The notes beneath the pieces are model-generated. The model was not told the origin of the DNA and searched no databases. It saw nothing but the letters and a program-made list of their open reading frames with translations. DNA of 64,000 nucleotides from Alphaproteobacteria bacterium MarineAlpha9_Bin6 (lineage in GTDB: Bacteria > Pseudomonadota > Alphaproteobacteria > UBA7887). The stretch is from positions 912-64,911 of the forward strand of contig PTKE01000002.1 in the NCBI GenBank assembly GCA_002937585.1. The letters are read 5' to 3'. Of the stretch, positions 30,107-39,872 are shown in pieces (the first letter of the stretch is position 1; every line of letters starts with the position of its first letter). The translations under genes were made by a program, and so were the position numbers.

Positions 30107-30490
30107 ATGGTCGAGCCCAGATCTTCATCAGTATCACTGTTTCGGTCAGGACTAGGTTGCAAATGCCCGCGTTGTGGACGTGGGCATTTGTTTTCCGGGT
30201 ACTTAATTGTGGCAGACAAGTGTGATCTTTGCGGGCTTAATTTTTAAGGCCAGGATGCCGGCGATGGTCCAGCGGTATTTATTATTCTGATATTGGGCTT
30301 TTTTGTTGTGGGGATGGCAGTTCTGTTTGAGGTCGTAGTTGCGCCGCCAATGTGGCTTCATGTTTTGTTGTGGTTCCCGGTTACGATTGGTGGTTCGATC
30401 TGGCTATTGCGACCATTTAAAGCGGTTATGATTGTGCTCCAGTACAAACACGGATTACTTGGTTCTTCCCGGGATAATGAATTGCCATGA
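30107..30490 (+). pseudogene. DUF983 zinc-ribbon membrane protein gene interrupted by an in-frame TAA
   Basis: A single frame from the ATG at 30107 encodes the zinc ribbon CPRCGRGHLFSGYLIVADKCDLCGLNF, then a TAA at 30245-30247, then GQDAGDGPAVFIILILGFFVVGMAV and two TM helices. This matches the DUF983 consensus CPxCGxG...CxxCGLD..FADxGDGPAVF. The stop of this frame overlaps the SURF1 start. Confidence 0.6.
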
Positions 30491-31227
30491 TTGAAGGAAA
30501 GGGCGACGGCGAGGTCTTTCCGCGTCGGGGCCGTTGGATGCCATTGTTTGTTGCCCCGACTTTTTGCGTTCTTTTGGGTCTTGGTGTTTGGCAGCTGGAT
30601 CGACTGTCTTGGAAGAACGAGCTACTTGCCGATATTCAAGCTCGGTTGTCAGATTCTGCGGTCACTTTGTCCAGTCTTAACGCCGGCACCGCTGTTACTT
30701 CCTGGAATTACCGTAGGGTGACGGCAACTGGTAAGTTACTTCATGAGCAAAGTGTGATCCTGCTTGCTCGTACATATAAGGCACAGGCTGGGGGCCATAT
30801 TCTTACCCCGCTGGTTTTGGATGAGCAGAGGGCAATCTTGGTCAGCCGCGGTTGGGTTCCGCAAGGTTATGAGCTTCCGAAGTTTTCCGATGAGTACTCG
30901 GTGACTATAGAAGGAATTATTCGGACGCCCCAAAACCAAGTCTGGTTTACGCCTGATAACAATCCTGCCGTTGGGCAATGGTATTGGGTTGATTTGTTGG
31001 CACTGTCGGTTGAGACCGGGGTTACTTTGTTGCCAGTGATAATTGAGGCCGGACTTGGTCCGGATCCTAGTGCTCTGCCAATCGGCGGACAGACACACGT
31101 CGATCTTCCCAATGATCACTTGCAATATGCCTTGACCTGGTTCGGTCTGGCGATGGTTCTGTTGGTGAGCTTTGTAGTCTATTACCGGCAATATTTAAGT
31201 GCGCGGAGGGGTAAAACCGAGTGGTAG
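30487..31227 (+). CDS. SURF1 family cytochrome oxidase assembly protein
   Basis: 246-aa ORF with an N-terminal TM, the LGLGVWQLDRLSWKNELL block, a C-terminal TM and the YALTWFGLA motif. The start may instead be the internal Met at 30538. Confidence 0.8.
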   Translation: MIEGKGDGEVFPRRGRWMPLFVAPTFCVLLGLGVWQLDRLSWKNELLADIQARLSDSAVTLSSLNAGTAVTSWNYRRVTATGKLLHEQSVILLARTYKAQAGGHILTPLVLDEQRAILVSRGWVPQGYELPKFSDEYSVTIEGIIRTPQNQVWFTPDNNPAVGQWYWVDLLALSVETGVTLLPVIIEAGLGPDPSALPIGGQTHVDLPNDHLQYALTWFGLAMVLLVSFVVYYRQYLSARRGKTEW

Positions 31228-32159
31228 GGCATAAGTCTTTCGATATCCTTCGTTTTATCGCGTGTGTAGCGGCCCTCGCGATCATGCTTCAAATCGTGCT
31301 TGGCGCGTTGACGCGACTTACAGGGTCTGGCCTTGCCTGCCCTGATTGGCCGCTCTGCTACAGTTTGTGGTTTCCGACACCGACCAAGCTTGCGAGGTTG
31401 GGGATCGATTATAGTTTTGTCCAGGTGATGCTTGAATGGACGCATAGATTCAATGCGGCAGTTGTGGTTGCCCCGCTAGTTCTTGCGATGTGTGTGTTCG
31501 CTTGGCGCGAACGGAAGTTATTACCAGTGAATTGGAGAGTAAGCATCGCAGTATTAACAGTCCTGGTGCTCCAGGGCGGCGTTGGTAGGTTTACCGTGTT
31601 TGACCACAATAGTCCTTGGTCGGTAGCGGCCCATCTCGGTTTGGCGTCGATTTTACTGGCGCTGGTCCTCTCTTTAGTTCGGTTGAAGAGTGTGCCTTAT
31701 CACGACTGGAGGAGACGAGCGGCTTCCAACGGTTGCTGGTCTGTCGCAATGCTCGGTGGGCTCGTCCTGACTACTATGGTCTCTGGTGCGATTGTGGCGA
31801 AGAGCGGCGCAACACTCTCCTGTGGTGGATGGCCTTTGTGCGATGGTGGGTTGATGCCAGATTTGAGAGACAGTGGAATCGTATTGCATGTGGTGCATCG
31901 GTTGTTGGCGTTGATAATGGTTATTGGCCTGCTATGGGGAAGTTGGCGTTGGCGGCAGTTGCGTCACCTAGCCGCGTTGGCATTTGTGCAGGTTCTCTTG
32001 GGCGCTGCAGTGATTGCTATTTATTCCAAACACTCAGCAGGTTTTCAAGTTGCAATTGGTGCTGTTCATCAGATCGTCGCTATGATCATTTTTGCTGCCT
32101 TGGTATGGTCATTTTGGGCTCCGTCAGCAGTTTCAAGCGTCGCGCAGAAGAAATATTGA
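31221..32159 (+). CDS. ctaA: haem A synthase (COX15/CtaA)
   Basis: 312-aa, 8-TM protein with the cysteine pair GLACPDWPLC in the first loop and conserved His residues in TM helices. The GTG start overlaps the SURF1 stop, and an ATG at 31284 is an alternative start. Confidence 0.8.
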   Translation: MVGHKSFDILRFIACVAALAIMLQIVLGALTRLTGSGLACPDWPLCYSLWFPTPTKLARLGIDYSFVQVMLEWTHRFNAAVVVAPLVLAMCVFAWRERKLLPVNWRVSIAVLTVLVLQGGVGRFTVFDHNSPWSVAAHLGLASILLALVLSLVRLKSVPYHDWRRRAASNGCWSVAMLGGLVLTTMVSGAIVAKSGATLSCGGWPLCDGGLMPDLRDSGIVLHVVHRLLALIMVIGLLWGSWRWRQLRHLAALAFVQVLLGAAVIAIYSKHSAGFQVAIGAVHQIVAMIIFAALVWSFWAPSAVSSVAQKKY

Positions 32160-33652
32160 TGAAAGCATACAAGGAGCTCGAAGACCGCTTCCGGCGTCTC
32201 GCTCTGATCGACGAGGTTCGCGCGGTGCTTGGATGGGATTGGGCAACTATGATGCCGAAAGGCGGTGCTGGGTCGCGCGCCGAACAGCTTTCGGAACTGA
32301 GCCTTGTCGCGCACGAACTCATGTTAGACCCTCAACTGGAAGATCTTCTGAATGAAGCGGAGCTTTATATTGATAAGCTCGACGACTGGCATACGTCTAA
32401 TTTGTTGGAAATGCGACGCCTGTGGCTTCATAACTCTGCTTTGCCCGCGACTTTAGTGGAGGCGCTAAGCAAGGCGACTTCCGCGTGCGAGCTGTGCTGG
32501 CGGGACGCCAAATCAGAGGACGATTTTGTTGGGGTGCTGCCCAAATTTGCGGTGGTCGTACAGTTGGTGAGGGAAAAAGCGCAGGCAAAGGCGGATGCAC
32601 TTTCAGTAAACCCGTATGATGCACTTCTGGACCAGTACGAGCCGGGTGCTCGCGCCACACATATCGACCCTGTGTTTGACGATCTGATCGACTTCCTTCC
32701 CAGCTTGACGGATCGTGTAATTGAGCACCAACAAACATTTGAACCAGCACGCCCCTTTAAAGGTCCATTCCCTGTGGCTAATCAACGGGAATTAAGCAAA
32801 CGTCTGATGGGGGTTGTTGGGTTTCCTTTTGACCACGGTCGTTTAGACGAAAGCCACCACCCTTTCTCCGGCGGCACGCCCGAAGATTTGAGGATCACCA
32901 CGCGTTACGAAGAAGCCAACTTCACTTCGGCTTTGATGGCAGTTCTGCACGAGACTGGGCATGCCCTTTACGATTATGGTTTGCCGGAAGCCTGGCGACG
33001 TCAGCCCGTTGGCGAGGCACCTGGTATGAGCATCCACGAAAGTCAGTCATTGCTAATCGAGATGCAGGTGTGCCGCTCGCCCGAATTCATCCGGTCCATT
33101 ACTCCTATGATCCGTGATGCTTTTGGCACAGAGGATCCGGCTTTAACTGCGGACAACCTGTTGCGGCATTATCACTGCGTTGAAAGGAGTCTTATCCGGG
33201 TCGAAGCGGACGAGGTTACTTATCCGAGCCATGTAATTTTACGTTACCGTCTCGAAAAATTAATCATTTCTGGAGAATTGCCACCAGGCGAGCTTCCCGG
33301 AGCTTGGCGCGAGGGGATGCGTGAGTTTGTGGGTGTTGAACCATCGGATGATCGCGATGGGTGCCTTCAGGACATTCATTGGTATGGAGGAGATTTCGGA
33401 TATTTCCCAACCTATATGTTAGGAGCATTGAGCGCTGCGCAACTGTTCGAGGCCGCCAAACGTGATGACCCGAAAATATTACCTAGCATTGCGTCCCGCG
33501 ACTTTGGCCCACTGTATGCCTGGCTGCGTCCCAATGTGCATTCTCTTGGACGACTGTTTCCTGCACCTGCGTTGATAAATCGAGCAACCGGAAACAAGCT
33601 TAGTACCGCGGCATTTAAAGCCCATTTGAACGCACGATATTTGGGATGCTAA
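32159..33652 (+). CDS. M32 family carboxypeptidase (carboxypeptidase Taq-like)
   Basis: HETGHALYDYG (HExxH zinc site) plus the conserved HESQS and GxxQDxHW(Y) blocks of the M32 family. The ORF track runs from 31616 in a frame that overlaps ctaA, but the conserved N-terminus starts at the ATG at 32159, which overlaps the ctaA stop (ATGA). Confidence 0.85.
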   Translation: MKAYKELEDRFRRLALIDEVRAVLGWDWATMMPKGGAGSRAEQLSELSLVAHELMLDPQLEDLLNEAELYIDKLDDWHTSNLLEMRRLWLHNSALPATLVEALSKATSACELCWRDAKSEDDFVGVLPKFAVVVQLVREKAQAKADALSVNPYDALLDQYEPGARATHIDPVFDDLIDFLPSLTDRVIEHQQTFEPARPFKGPFPVANQRELSKRLMGVVGFPFDHGRLDESHHPFSGGTPEDLRITTRYEEANFTSALMAVLHETGHALYDYGLPEAWRRQPVGEAPGMSIHESQSLLIEMQVCRSPEFIRSITPMIRDAFGTEDPALTADNLLRHYHCVERSLIRVEADEVTYPSHVILRYRLEKLIISGELPPGELPGAWREGMREFVGVEPSDDRDGCLQDIHWYGGDFGYFPTYMLGALSAAQLFEAAKRDDPKILPSIASRDFGPLYAWLRPNVHSLGRLFPAPALINRATGNKLSTAAFKAHLNARYLGC

Positions 33653-33669
33653 TTTTCCGGAAAGTTGTT

Positions 33670-34251
33670 TTAGGCTTGCAGCTTGTAAAGAAGGTTCGCA
33701 AGCTTGGCTCCTAACTTGATTGTTTCCTGATGCTTCGCCTTGTCCGCGAGATCACCGTCATTATTGAATGCGTTCTGTGCTGTGGGCAGTGTAACTTGGT
33801 CTGGAAGTACAAGAACTTGAATATTACTTAAGACTTGTCGGAGTTGGACCAAACCCCGGAGGCCACCGAGAATTCCGGGAGATGCACTCATCAGTGCGGC
33901 CGTTTTTCCTGCAAACGCTATTAACCTTGTTTCGTTCGGAACGGGGCGCGATGTCCAATCAATGGCGTTTTTGAGTAACGGCGAATATCCACTGTTGTAT
34001 TCCGGAGACGCGATCAGAAAACCATCGTTGTCCACCATTAACGCCTTTAGCATTTTGGCATTATTTGGCTGTCCTTCCGCTGCTTCCATATCACCATCGT
34101 AAATTGGCATAGGGTAATCGGCGAGATCTATTTCCGTTACCACTGCCCCCGCGGCACGTGCACCTTCGGCGGCAACGCGGATCAATTTTTTATTCCAAGA
34201 GTCATTTCGTGCGCTGCCGGCAAAGGCAAGAATAGTGGTTTTCTTGGGCAT
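33670..34251 (-). CDS. NADPH-dependent FMN reductase (flavodoxin-like fold)
   Basis: 193-aa ORF with the N-terminal ILAFAGSARNDSWNKKL and SPEYNSGYSP blocks of the NADPH-dependent FMN reductase family. Confidence 0.8.
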   Translation of the reverse strand: MPKKTTILAFAGSARNDSWNKKLIRVAAEGARAAGAVVTEIDLADYPMPIYDGDMEAAEGQPNNAKMLKALMVDNDGFLIASPEYNSGYSPLLKNAIDWTSRPVPNETRLIAFAGKTAALMSASPGILGGLRGLVQLRQVLSNIQVLVLPDQVTLPTAQNAFNNDGDLADKAKHQETIKLGAKLANLLYKLQA

Positions 34252-34295
34252 GTATGGGGTCCCATTTGGTAGAGACTTTGTCTCAGGTTACCGGA

Positions 34296-35306
34296 CTAGT
34301 TTGTGGTAGGAGGATCCGCGAACAAGAGCCCAAGAGTTTTTTTGATAGTCCGTACCTCGGCATTGTCGAGTACACCGAGTTCAGCCATTTCACGATGGCA
34401 ACTAGGTAGGTTGTAGTGTGGGATTGCCGGATAGATATGGTGTTCGAGATGATAGTTCACATGATGTGGAAACAGTAGCCACTGGAGCCATATTGGAGAC
34501 AGATTTGTTCGTGCCGCGCCAAGGGGAGATGTAAAGTCAATAACCGCACCATGTTCGCAAACTGCGCGCAAGCGCAACAGCGCGGGCACAATGGTCGCTA
34601 ATGGTAACACCCACAGCAGCAGATATTCTAAGCCATGGCCGATGGCAAGCGCTGCTGCTAGCGCTGTTAGATGAAATCCTGCAACCAGGTAGCGGTCGTG
34701 CCGAGCCGACTGGCGAAGGCGTGACGAAGTATCATCAAGTGGTCGTGAAGATTGGTTGCTTGTAGTGTTGATTGATGGTGCACCAAAAAAATACGCATAG
34801 GTTTTCCATGCGGTAAATCCGCACAAATCGCGAAGCAGTTTTTTTGCTAGGTAGGTGCGCCCGCGAGGATAGCCGCCATGCAGTGGAATATCGGGATCCT
34901 GGTCTTGATATAGGTGATTATGGTGAAGGCGGTGAATGACCCTATAGCTGCACATCGATACGCCGCTGACCATCCCGCACATTCTCCCAATCAGGTCATT
35001 AAGCCAGCGAGGTTTGAAGAGACGGTAATGGGTGGCGTCGTGGGCAAGTACGATGAGTGCATGCTGTCGGGTTCCTATAATTATTATCGCAATTACTACG
35101 AATATAGGGTTCCATACCAAAAGAGCGATTGCGATTGTACCGATTAGCGTACTCATCGTTCCGACGACAGCTGCAACAGCGCGCCACGTGTCAATTTGGC
35201 TTAGTTCTCTATGCCGTTCGGGAGGTAACTGATTGACCTTTGCCGCAACGGGCGAACGCAGATCGTCAATAAATTCCTCCCCGTGAATAGGCCCGTTGGC
35301 GGCCAT
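34296..35306 (-). CDS. membrane fatty acid desaturase family protein
   Basis: 336-aa ORF with three histidine boxes (HDATH, HRLHH, HHIYPAIPHY) and 2-4 TM helices, typical of PF00487-type desaturases. Confidence 0.8.
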   Translation of the reverse strand: MAANGPIHGEEFIDDLRSPVAAKVNQLPPERHRELSQIDTWRAVAAVVGTMSTLIGTIAIALLVWNPIFVVIAIIIIGTRQHALIVLAHDATHYRLFKPRWLNDLIGRMCGMVSGVSMCSYRVIHRLHHNHLYQDQDPDIPLHGGYPRGRTYLAKKLLRDLCGFTAWKTYAYFFGAPSINTTSNQSSRPLDDTSSRLRQSARHDRYLVAGFHLTALAAALAIGHGLEYLLLWVLPLATIVPALLRLRAVCEHGAVIDFTSPLGAARTNLSPIWLQWLLFPHHVNYHLEHHIYPAIPHYNLPSCHREMAELGVLDNAEVRTIKKTLGLLFADPPTTN

Positions 35307-35383
35307 TGCATATCTCTTAATGTAGGCTCAAGTCGGCTGAGAGATGCCACACTGCGGACATTGTCCAACTCGTATCCGATTTC

Positions 35384-35683
35384 CTAGGTGTCTTCTGAGT
35401 GAGGTAGGGGTGAAAAGGGAAATGGCACCTCATCCCGCGTGTAGCTCAGAAAACCGAGAATTTCTCCAAAATAGGCGTTTAGTCGCGTTGTAAACTGGCG
35501 GAGGTGCTCGTTCTCGGTATTATTAATGATGACCAGTAAGAACTGCACAAGTGCGAGGAAAAACACGAACCACAAAATAACATAGGCGATAATCGCGAAC
35601 AAAATCATGTAAAGAGCGCGTTGCCAGGATGGTGGATCAATCGTGATCATAGTGGGTATTGTTTTTCGCCGTTTGCTTGCCAA
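35384..35683 (-). CDS. small membrane protein (DUF4389-like)
   Basis: 99-aa ORF with a basic N-terminus, two hydrophobic helices and a C-terminal PFPF motif. The assignment to DUF4389 is from memory only. Confidence 0.4.
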   Translation of the reverse strand: MASKRRKTIPTMITIDPPSWQRALYMILFAIIAYVILWFVFFLALVQFLLVIINNTENEHLRQFTTRLNAYFGEILGFLSYTRDEVPFPFSPLPHSEDT

Positions 35684-35873
35684 GGTGTGCTCTCCTTAAT
35701 CACCGGCACCTGCTGCCATCATGACCCGTATACGGTTAGCATGGCAAGGTAGCTTTGTAGGAAGAATTATGAAGCATGACATCATATCCAAAGGGGCATC
35801 CTGATCTTTTCCTCGTCTTTATAATTGCCAAGGCATCTCTCTTCCTTGTTCCTCGTTGGCTCGAACATGTATT

Positions 35874-36383
35874 TTAACCACGGCCCTGTCGCAATCCCAT
35901 GTGTCTACTTAAACCAGGAGGTCGTTCCAGCGTTTTATGCGCAGTTTTAAATAGTGCCAGGCGTTCCAGTGCAGTTGGAGGCATGGACAAGGCCCGATGC
36001 TTCGAACGGCTAACATGCAGACTCAAAAGCTCATTGGTTGCTGCTAGATAGTCCTCCGCATCGTGATACATTGCGTGAGCATAATGTATGCGCTTTTCGT
36101 CAAAGTCGAACACATAGGTCTCGAAGCGGAGTAGGTCGTTCTCTCCAACCTCGGCCAAATAGCTGATATGGGCCTCGAGCGAGAATGTGGTTCCATCGCT
36201 AGTTCGGGCATATTCGGCACCCAGCCCAATATAATCAAATAATGCATCTGTGGCGTGGTCGAACGCTAAAAGATAGTAGGCCATGTTGAGATGCCCATTA
36301 TAGTCTATCCATTCTGTACGCACCGTCTCTCGGTGCAAGGAAAATGGTGCTGGTACTGGACGATCTATAGTCATTAAGGTCAA
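35874..36383 (-). CDS. acyl-CoA thioesterase (hotdog fold, 4HBT/FadM-like)
   Basis: 169-aa ORF with a hotdog-fold pattern and an early catalytic Asp/His region (EWIDYNGHLNMAYY), typical of the YbgC/FadM/4-hydroxybenzoyl-CoA thioesterase family. Confidence 0.6.
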   Translation of the reverse strand: MTLMTIDRPVPAPFSLHRETVRTEWIDYNGHLNMAYYLLAFDHATDALFDYIGLGAEYARTSDGTTFSLEAHISYLAEVGENDLLRFETYVFDFDEKRIHYAHAMYHDAEDYLAATNELLSLHVSRSKHRALSMPPTALERLALFKTAHKTLERPPGLSRHMGLRQGRG

Positions 36384-36708
36384 AGCCGTACGAACCTATC
36401 GTTGTTTTAAATCGAGATTCCAAACAAACACGGTCACTCAATGAACTTTCTTAATAGTCTGCGTTACGCTAGCTTTCGACGAATATCAAGAGCTGGATTT
36501 CTGTAGGGACCAAGTTTGCATAGCCCTACTATGTTGAGCTAGCCAAACACAGATTGGCACCCAAAAGTCTCCCGGAGTGGCAATGTACGCATAGACAAAC
36601 ACTAACTCGCAAAATCGGGGTGCGGTTTGCACACAGAATTCGGCGCGCGTCTGAATTAGGATATAAGACAAGGGATCATATGGTGGTCGACCAGAGAGGG
36701 TTACGGTA

Positions 36709-38115
36709 ATGAGGTCTTCAACGGCAGAAAAACGCGAACGGTTTGACCCTTCTAGTGCATTAATCAACGATCTGATGGAGGAGTTTGGCGAGAGCGTGAC
36801 CACGTCAGTTTCGGTCTGCGAACGGCATGGTACGGATGAGTCCTTCCACTTACCTCACAGTCCTGACGTAGTGGTTTTCGTACGCAGCACCGAACAAGTG
36901 AGCAAGATCGTCAAACTTTGTGCCAAATATCAAGCCCCAGTTATTGCTTATGGCACTGGCACATCACTTGAAGGGCATGTGGCAGCACTTTATGGCGGCG
37001 TATGCGTAGACCTTAGCCAAATGAAAACGGTGGTTGAGGTCAATCAAGAAGATCTCGATTGTACTGTGCAGGCAGGGGTGACCCGAAAGCAGCTCAATGA
37101 GTATTTAAGAGATACAGGACTTTTCTTTGCTGTTGACCCGGGGGCTGATGCTTCTATTGGCGGCATGGCTGCGACCCGTGCTAGTGGAACCAACGCGGTA
37201 CGTTACGGCACGATGCGCGAAACGGTCATGTCATTGAAGGTGGTTTTGCCTGATGGCCGCGTCATCCAGACTGCACGCCGCAGCCGAAAGTCAGCAGCAG
37301 GCTATGACCTTACCCGTTTGTTCGTGGGTTCTGAAGGGACGCTTGGAATTATTACTGAGATAACTCTTAGGTTATTTGGGATACCAGAAGCTATCGCGTC
37401 GGCGGTTTGCTCATTTCCCACCGTAGAGGAGGCGGTAAACTCGGTTATCCTGGCCATCCAATCCGGTATTCCGGTGGCGCGTATCGAATTACTCGATGAC
37501 ATAACCATGGGTGCAATTAACAATTTTTCAAAGACCAACTATCCGGTCGCACAAACCCTTTTCTACGAATTTCATGGCTCGAAGGCAGGGGTTGCGGAGC
37601 AATCCCGTCAAGCCCAGGAAATCGCTGCAGAGTTTGGTGGTAGCAACTTTCAATGGGAGACTCTTCCGGAAGACCGCAATCGTTTATGGCAGGCTCGCCA
37701 TGATGCACTTTATGCAATGAACGCGTTACGACCCGGTTCGAAGCCGATGGTAACGGACGTATGTGTTCCAATATCCCGTCTCGCGGAGTGCATACGCGAA
37801 ACAAAGACAGATCTGGATGGATCATCGATTATGGCTCCAATTGCAGGGCATGTTGGGGATGGGAATTTCCACGTTGCTTATCTCCTTGATCCAAATGACA
37901 ATAAGGAAATTAAGGAGGCTGGTGACATGCATGATCGGCTCGTAATGCGTGCGCTGGCCATGAACGGCACCTGTACGGGAGAACACGGTATTGGTTATGG
38001 CAAGATAAATTTCCTTAATGCCGAACTCGGTGAAGGGGTGAGCGTCATGCGGGAGATAAAACGGGCTCTAGATCCGGATAACATTATGAATCCGGGCAAG
38101 ATCGTACAAATTTAG
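36709..38115 (+). CDS. FAD-linked oxidase (D-lactate dehydrogenase / GlcD-like, PCMH-type FAD binding)
   Basis: 468-aa ORF with an FAD_binding_4 domain (GTGTSLEGH) and an FAD-oxidase C-terminal domain (GTCTGEHGIGYGK). Confidence 0.8.
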   Translation: MRSSTAEKRERFDPSSALINDLMEEFGESVTTSVSVCERHGTDESFHLPHSPDVVVFVRSTEQVSKIVKLCAKYQAPVIAYGTGTSLEGHVAALYGGVCVDLSQMKTVVEVNQEDLDCTVQAGVTRKQLNEYLRDTGLFFAVDPGADASIGGMAATRASGTNAVRYGTMRETVMSLKVVLPDGRVIQTARRSRKSAAGYDLTRLFVGSEGTLGIITEITLRLFGIPEAIASAVCSFPTVEEAVNSVILAIQSGIPVARIELLDDITMGAINNFSKTNYPVAQTLFYEFHGSKAGVAEQSRQAQEIAAEFGGSNFQWETLPEDRNRLWQARHDALYAMNALRPGSKPMVTDVCVPISRLAECIRETKTDLDGSSIMAPIAGHVGDGNFHVAYLLDPNDNKEIKEAGDMHDRLVMRALAMNGTCTGEHGIGYGKINFLNAELGEGVSVMREIKRALDPDNIMNPGKIVQI

Positions 38116-38170
38116 AAATTGGCTATAGAGTTCTGATTAGTTTGCTCTGAAATTTAAAGCAATTTAAAAA

Positions 38171-39685
38171 ATGGCCAATTTCTCACAGGTCATCGCAGCT
38201 GACGACGCCGCGCCTTTTGACTTTAAAAATACATATGCTGGTCTCCCAGAAAGGTTTTTTGTACGACTTAACCCAACCCCTGTTCGGTCTCCCCAGCTCA
38301 TCAGGCTAAATAACGGCCTAGCGAAACATTTAGGAATTGATCCCAATCAGCTACAAACGATGCAGGGAGTAGAGATCCTCTCAGGTAACAGGATTCCTGC
38401 GGGTGCTGAGCCGCTTGCTATGGCATATGCGGGTCACCAGTTTGGTAGTTGGGTACCCCAACTTGGGGATGGCCGGGCAATTCTCCTTGGGGAAGTAATC
38501 GGGCAGGATGGTGTTCGCCGAGATATCCAGCTTAAGGGAGCTGGCCGCACACCTTTCTCGAGAATGGGGGATGGGCGGGCAGTTCTTGGTCCGGTGCTGA
38601 GGGAATATATTGTTAGCGAAGCAATGTATTCTCTTGGTGTGCCGACCACGCGTGCTCTTGCGGCGGTTACCACGGGTGAGAAAGTAATGCGCGAGAGACC
38701 TTTTCCGGGCGCAATTTTTGCCCGGGTGGCGCAGAGCCATGTGAGGGTTGGTACGTTCCAATTTTTTGCTGCGCGCAAGGACACAGAGGCCGTACGTTTT
38801 TTGGCCGACTATGTGATTGCGCGGCATTTTCCGGACACTGAGTCAGGATCACAGCCGTATCTCGGTTTGCTAAGAGCAGTGGTTAGTCAGCAGGCGAAGT
38901 TAGTAGCACGTTGGCAGTTGGTCGGTTTTATCCATGGGGTAATGAATACGGACAATACTTCTATTGTCGGTGAGACCATCGACTATGGGCCCTGCGCTTT
39001 CATGGATTCTTACCATCCGGAAACGGTTTACAGCTCGATTGATCAAACTGGTCGATATGCGTACAGCAACCAACCAGGGATTGCATACTGGAACCTCGGA
39101 TGCTTCGCACAAACATTGCTGCCATTGTTTGACAAGGATGTTGACATGGCCGTTTCACAGGCTGAAGAAATCATAGGTGCTTATCCAAGCCTGTTTGAAA
39201 AAGCTTATCTCTCGGGCCTACGGTCCAAGATAGGTCTTTTAAAAGAGAATGAGGAGGACCAGGAGCTCGCCCAGGATTTGCTGGATCGCATGACGAAAAA
39301 TGAGGCAGATTATACTCTTACATTCCGCAGACTTTGTGATTTGGTTGGTTCCCGTCCAGAGGCAGATGAACCCGTTCGAAGTTTATTTAAAAATCCGGCT
39401 GATTTCGATGACTGGGTATTGCGCTGGAGAAAAAGGGTTGCAAAGGAAGAAGTCAACGATGTTCGGCGCCAAGAGGCTATGCGGGGGGTCAATCCTGCGT
39501 ACATTCCTCGCAACCATCTTGTGGAGGAGGCTATAAACGCGGCGATCAATGAAGAAGATTTTTCTCAATTTGACAAACTGATCACGGTGCTGTCATCGCC
39601 GTATGACGACCAACCTGATTTCGCGAAATATGCTGCACCACCTCGCCCGGATCAGGTCATCTGTGCGACTTACTGTGGTACTTAA
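38171..39685 (+). CDS. selO: protein adenylyltransferase SelO (YdiU family)
   Basis: 504-aa ORF with the SelO/YdiU family pseudokinase-fold blocks (AYAGHQFGSWVPQLGDGRAILLGE, HGVMNTDNTSI). Confidence 0.85.
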   Translation: MANFSQVIAADDAAPFDFKNTYAGLPERFFVRLNPTPVRSPQLIRLNNGLAKHLGIDPNQLQTMQGVEILSGNRIPAGAEPLAMAYAGHQFGSWVPQLGDGRAILLGEVIGQDGVRRDIQLKGAGRTPFSRMGDGRAVLGPVLREYIVSEAMYSLGVPTTRALAAVTTGEKVMRERPFPGAIFARVAQSHVRVGTFQFFAARKDTEAVRFLADYVIARHFPDTESGSQPYLGLLRAVVSQQAKLVARWQLVGFIHGVMNTDNTSIVGETIDYGPCAFMDSYHPETVYSSIDQTGRYAYSNQPGIAYWNLGCFAQTLLPLFDKDVDMAVSQAEEIIGAYPSLFEKAYLSGLRSKIGLLKENEEDQELAQDLLDRMTKNEADYTLTFRRLCDLVGSRPEADEPVRSLFKNPADFDDWVLRWRKRVAKEEVNDVRRQEAMRGVNPAYIPRNHLVEEAINAAINEEDFSQFDKLITVLSSPYDDQPDFAKYAAPPRPDQVICATYCGT

Positions 39686-39872
39686 TAGGCACGAATACGG
39701 TTAGGAATACTCACGATTTACGGTGAATTTTGGGTGCCAAATACTAGGCATCTCAAAATATTTATAAAGACGTAACAACTCATCTCTGTGGTTCACGCGC
39801 GCTAATAATTTTGAGATATAGTGGTCGGAATTTGATATTGGGACCGTCCCCGAGTTTCGGTTTTGGTTAAGA

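Noticed and set aside
31616-32158. Upstream 181 codons of the 678-aa ORF 31616-33652, which overlap ctaA in another frame
   Set aside because: The sequence is low-complexity and Cys/Trp-rich with no family similarity. The recognisable M32 peptidase begins at the ATG at 32159, which overlaps the ctaA stop. The extension is an artefact of an open frame antisense or out of frame to ctaA.
36486-36803. 105-aa minus-strand ORF in the thioesterase / FAD-oxidase divergent region
   Set aside because: It overlaps the start of the FAD-linked oxidase gene and has no RBS and no family resemblance. It is more likely promoter region than gene.
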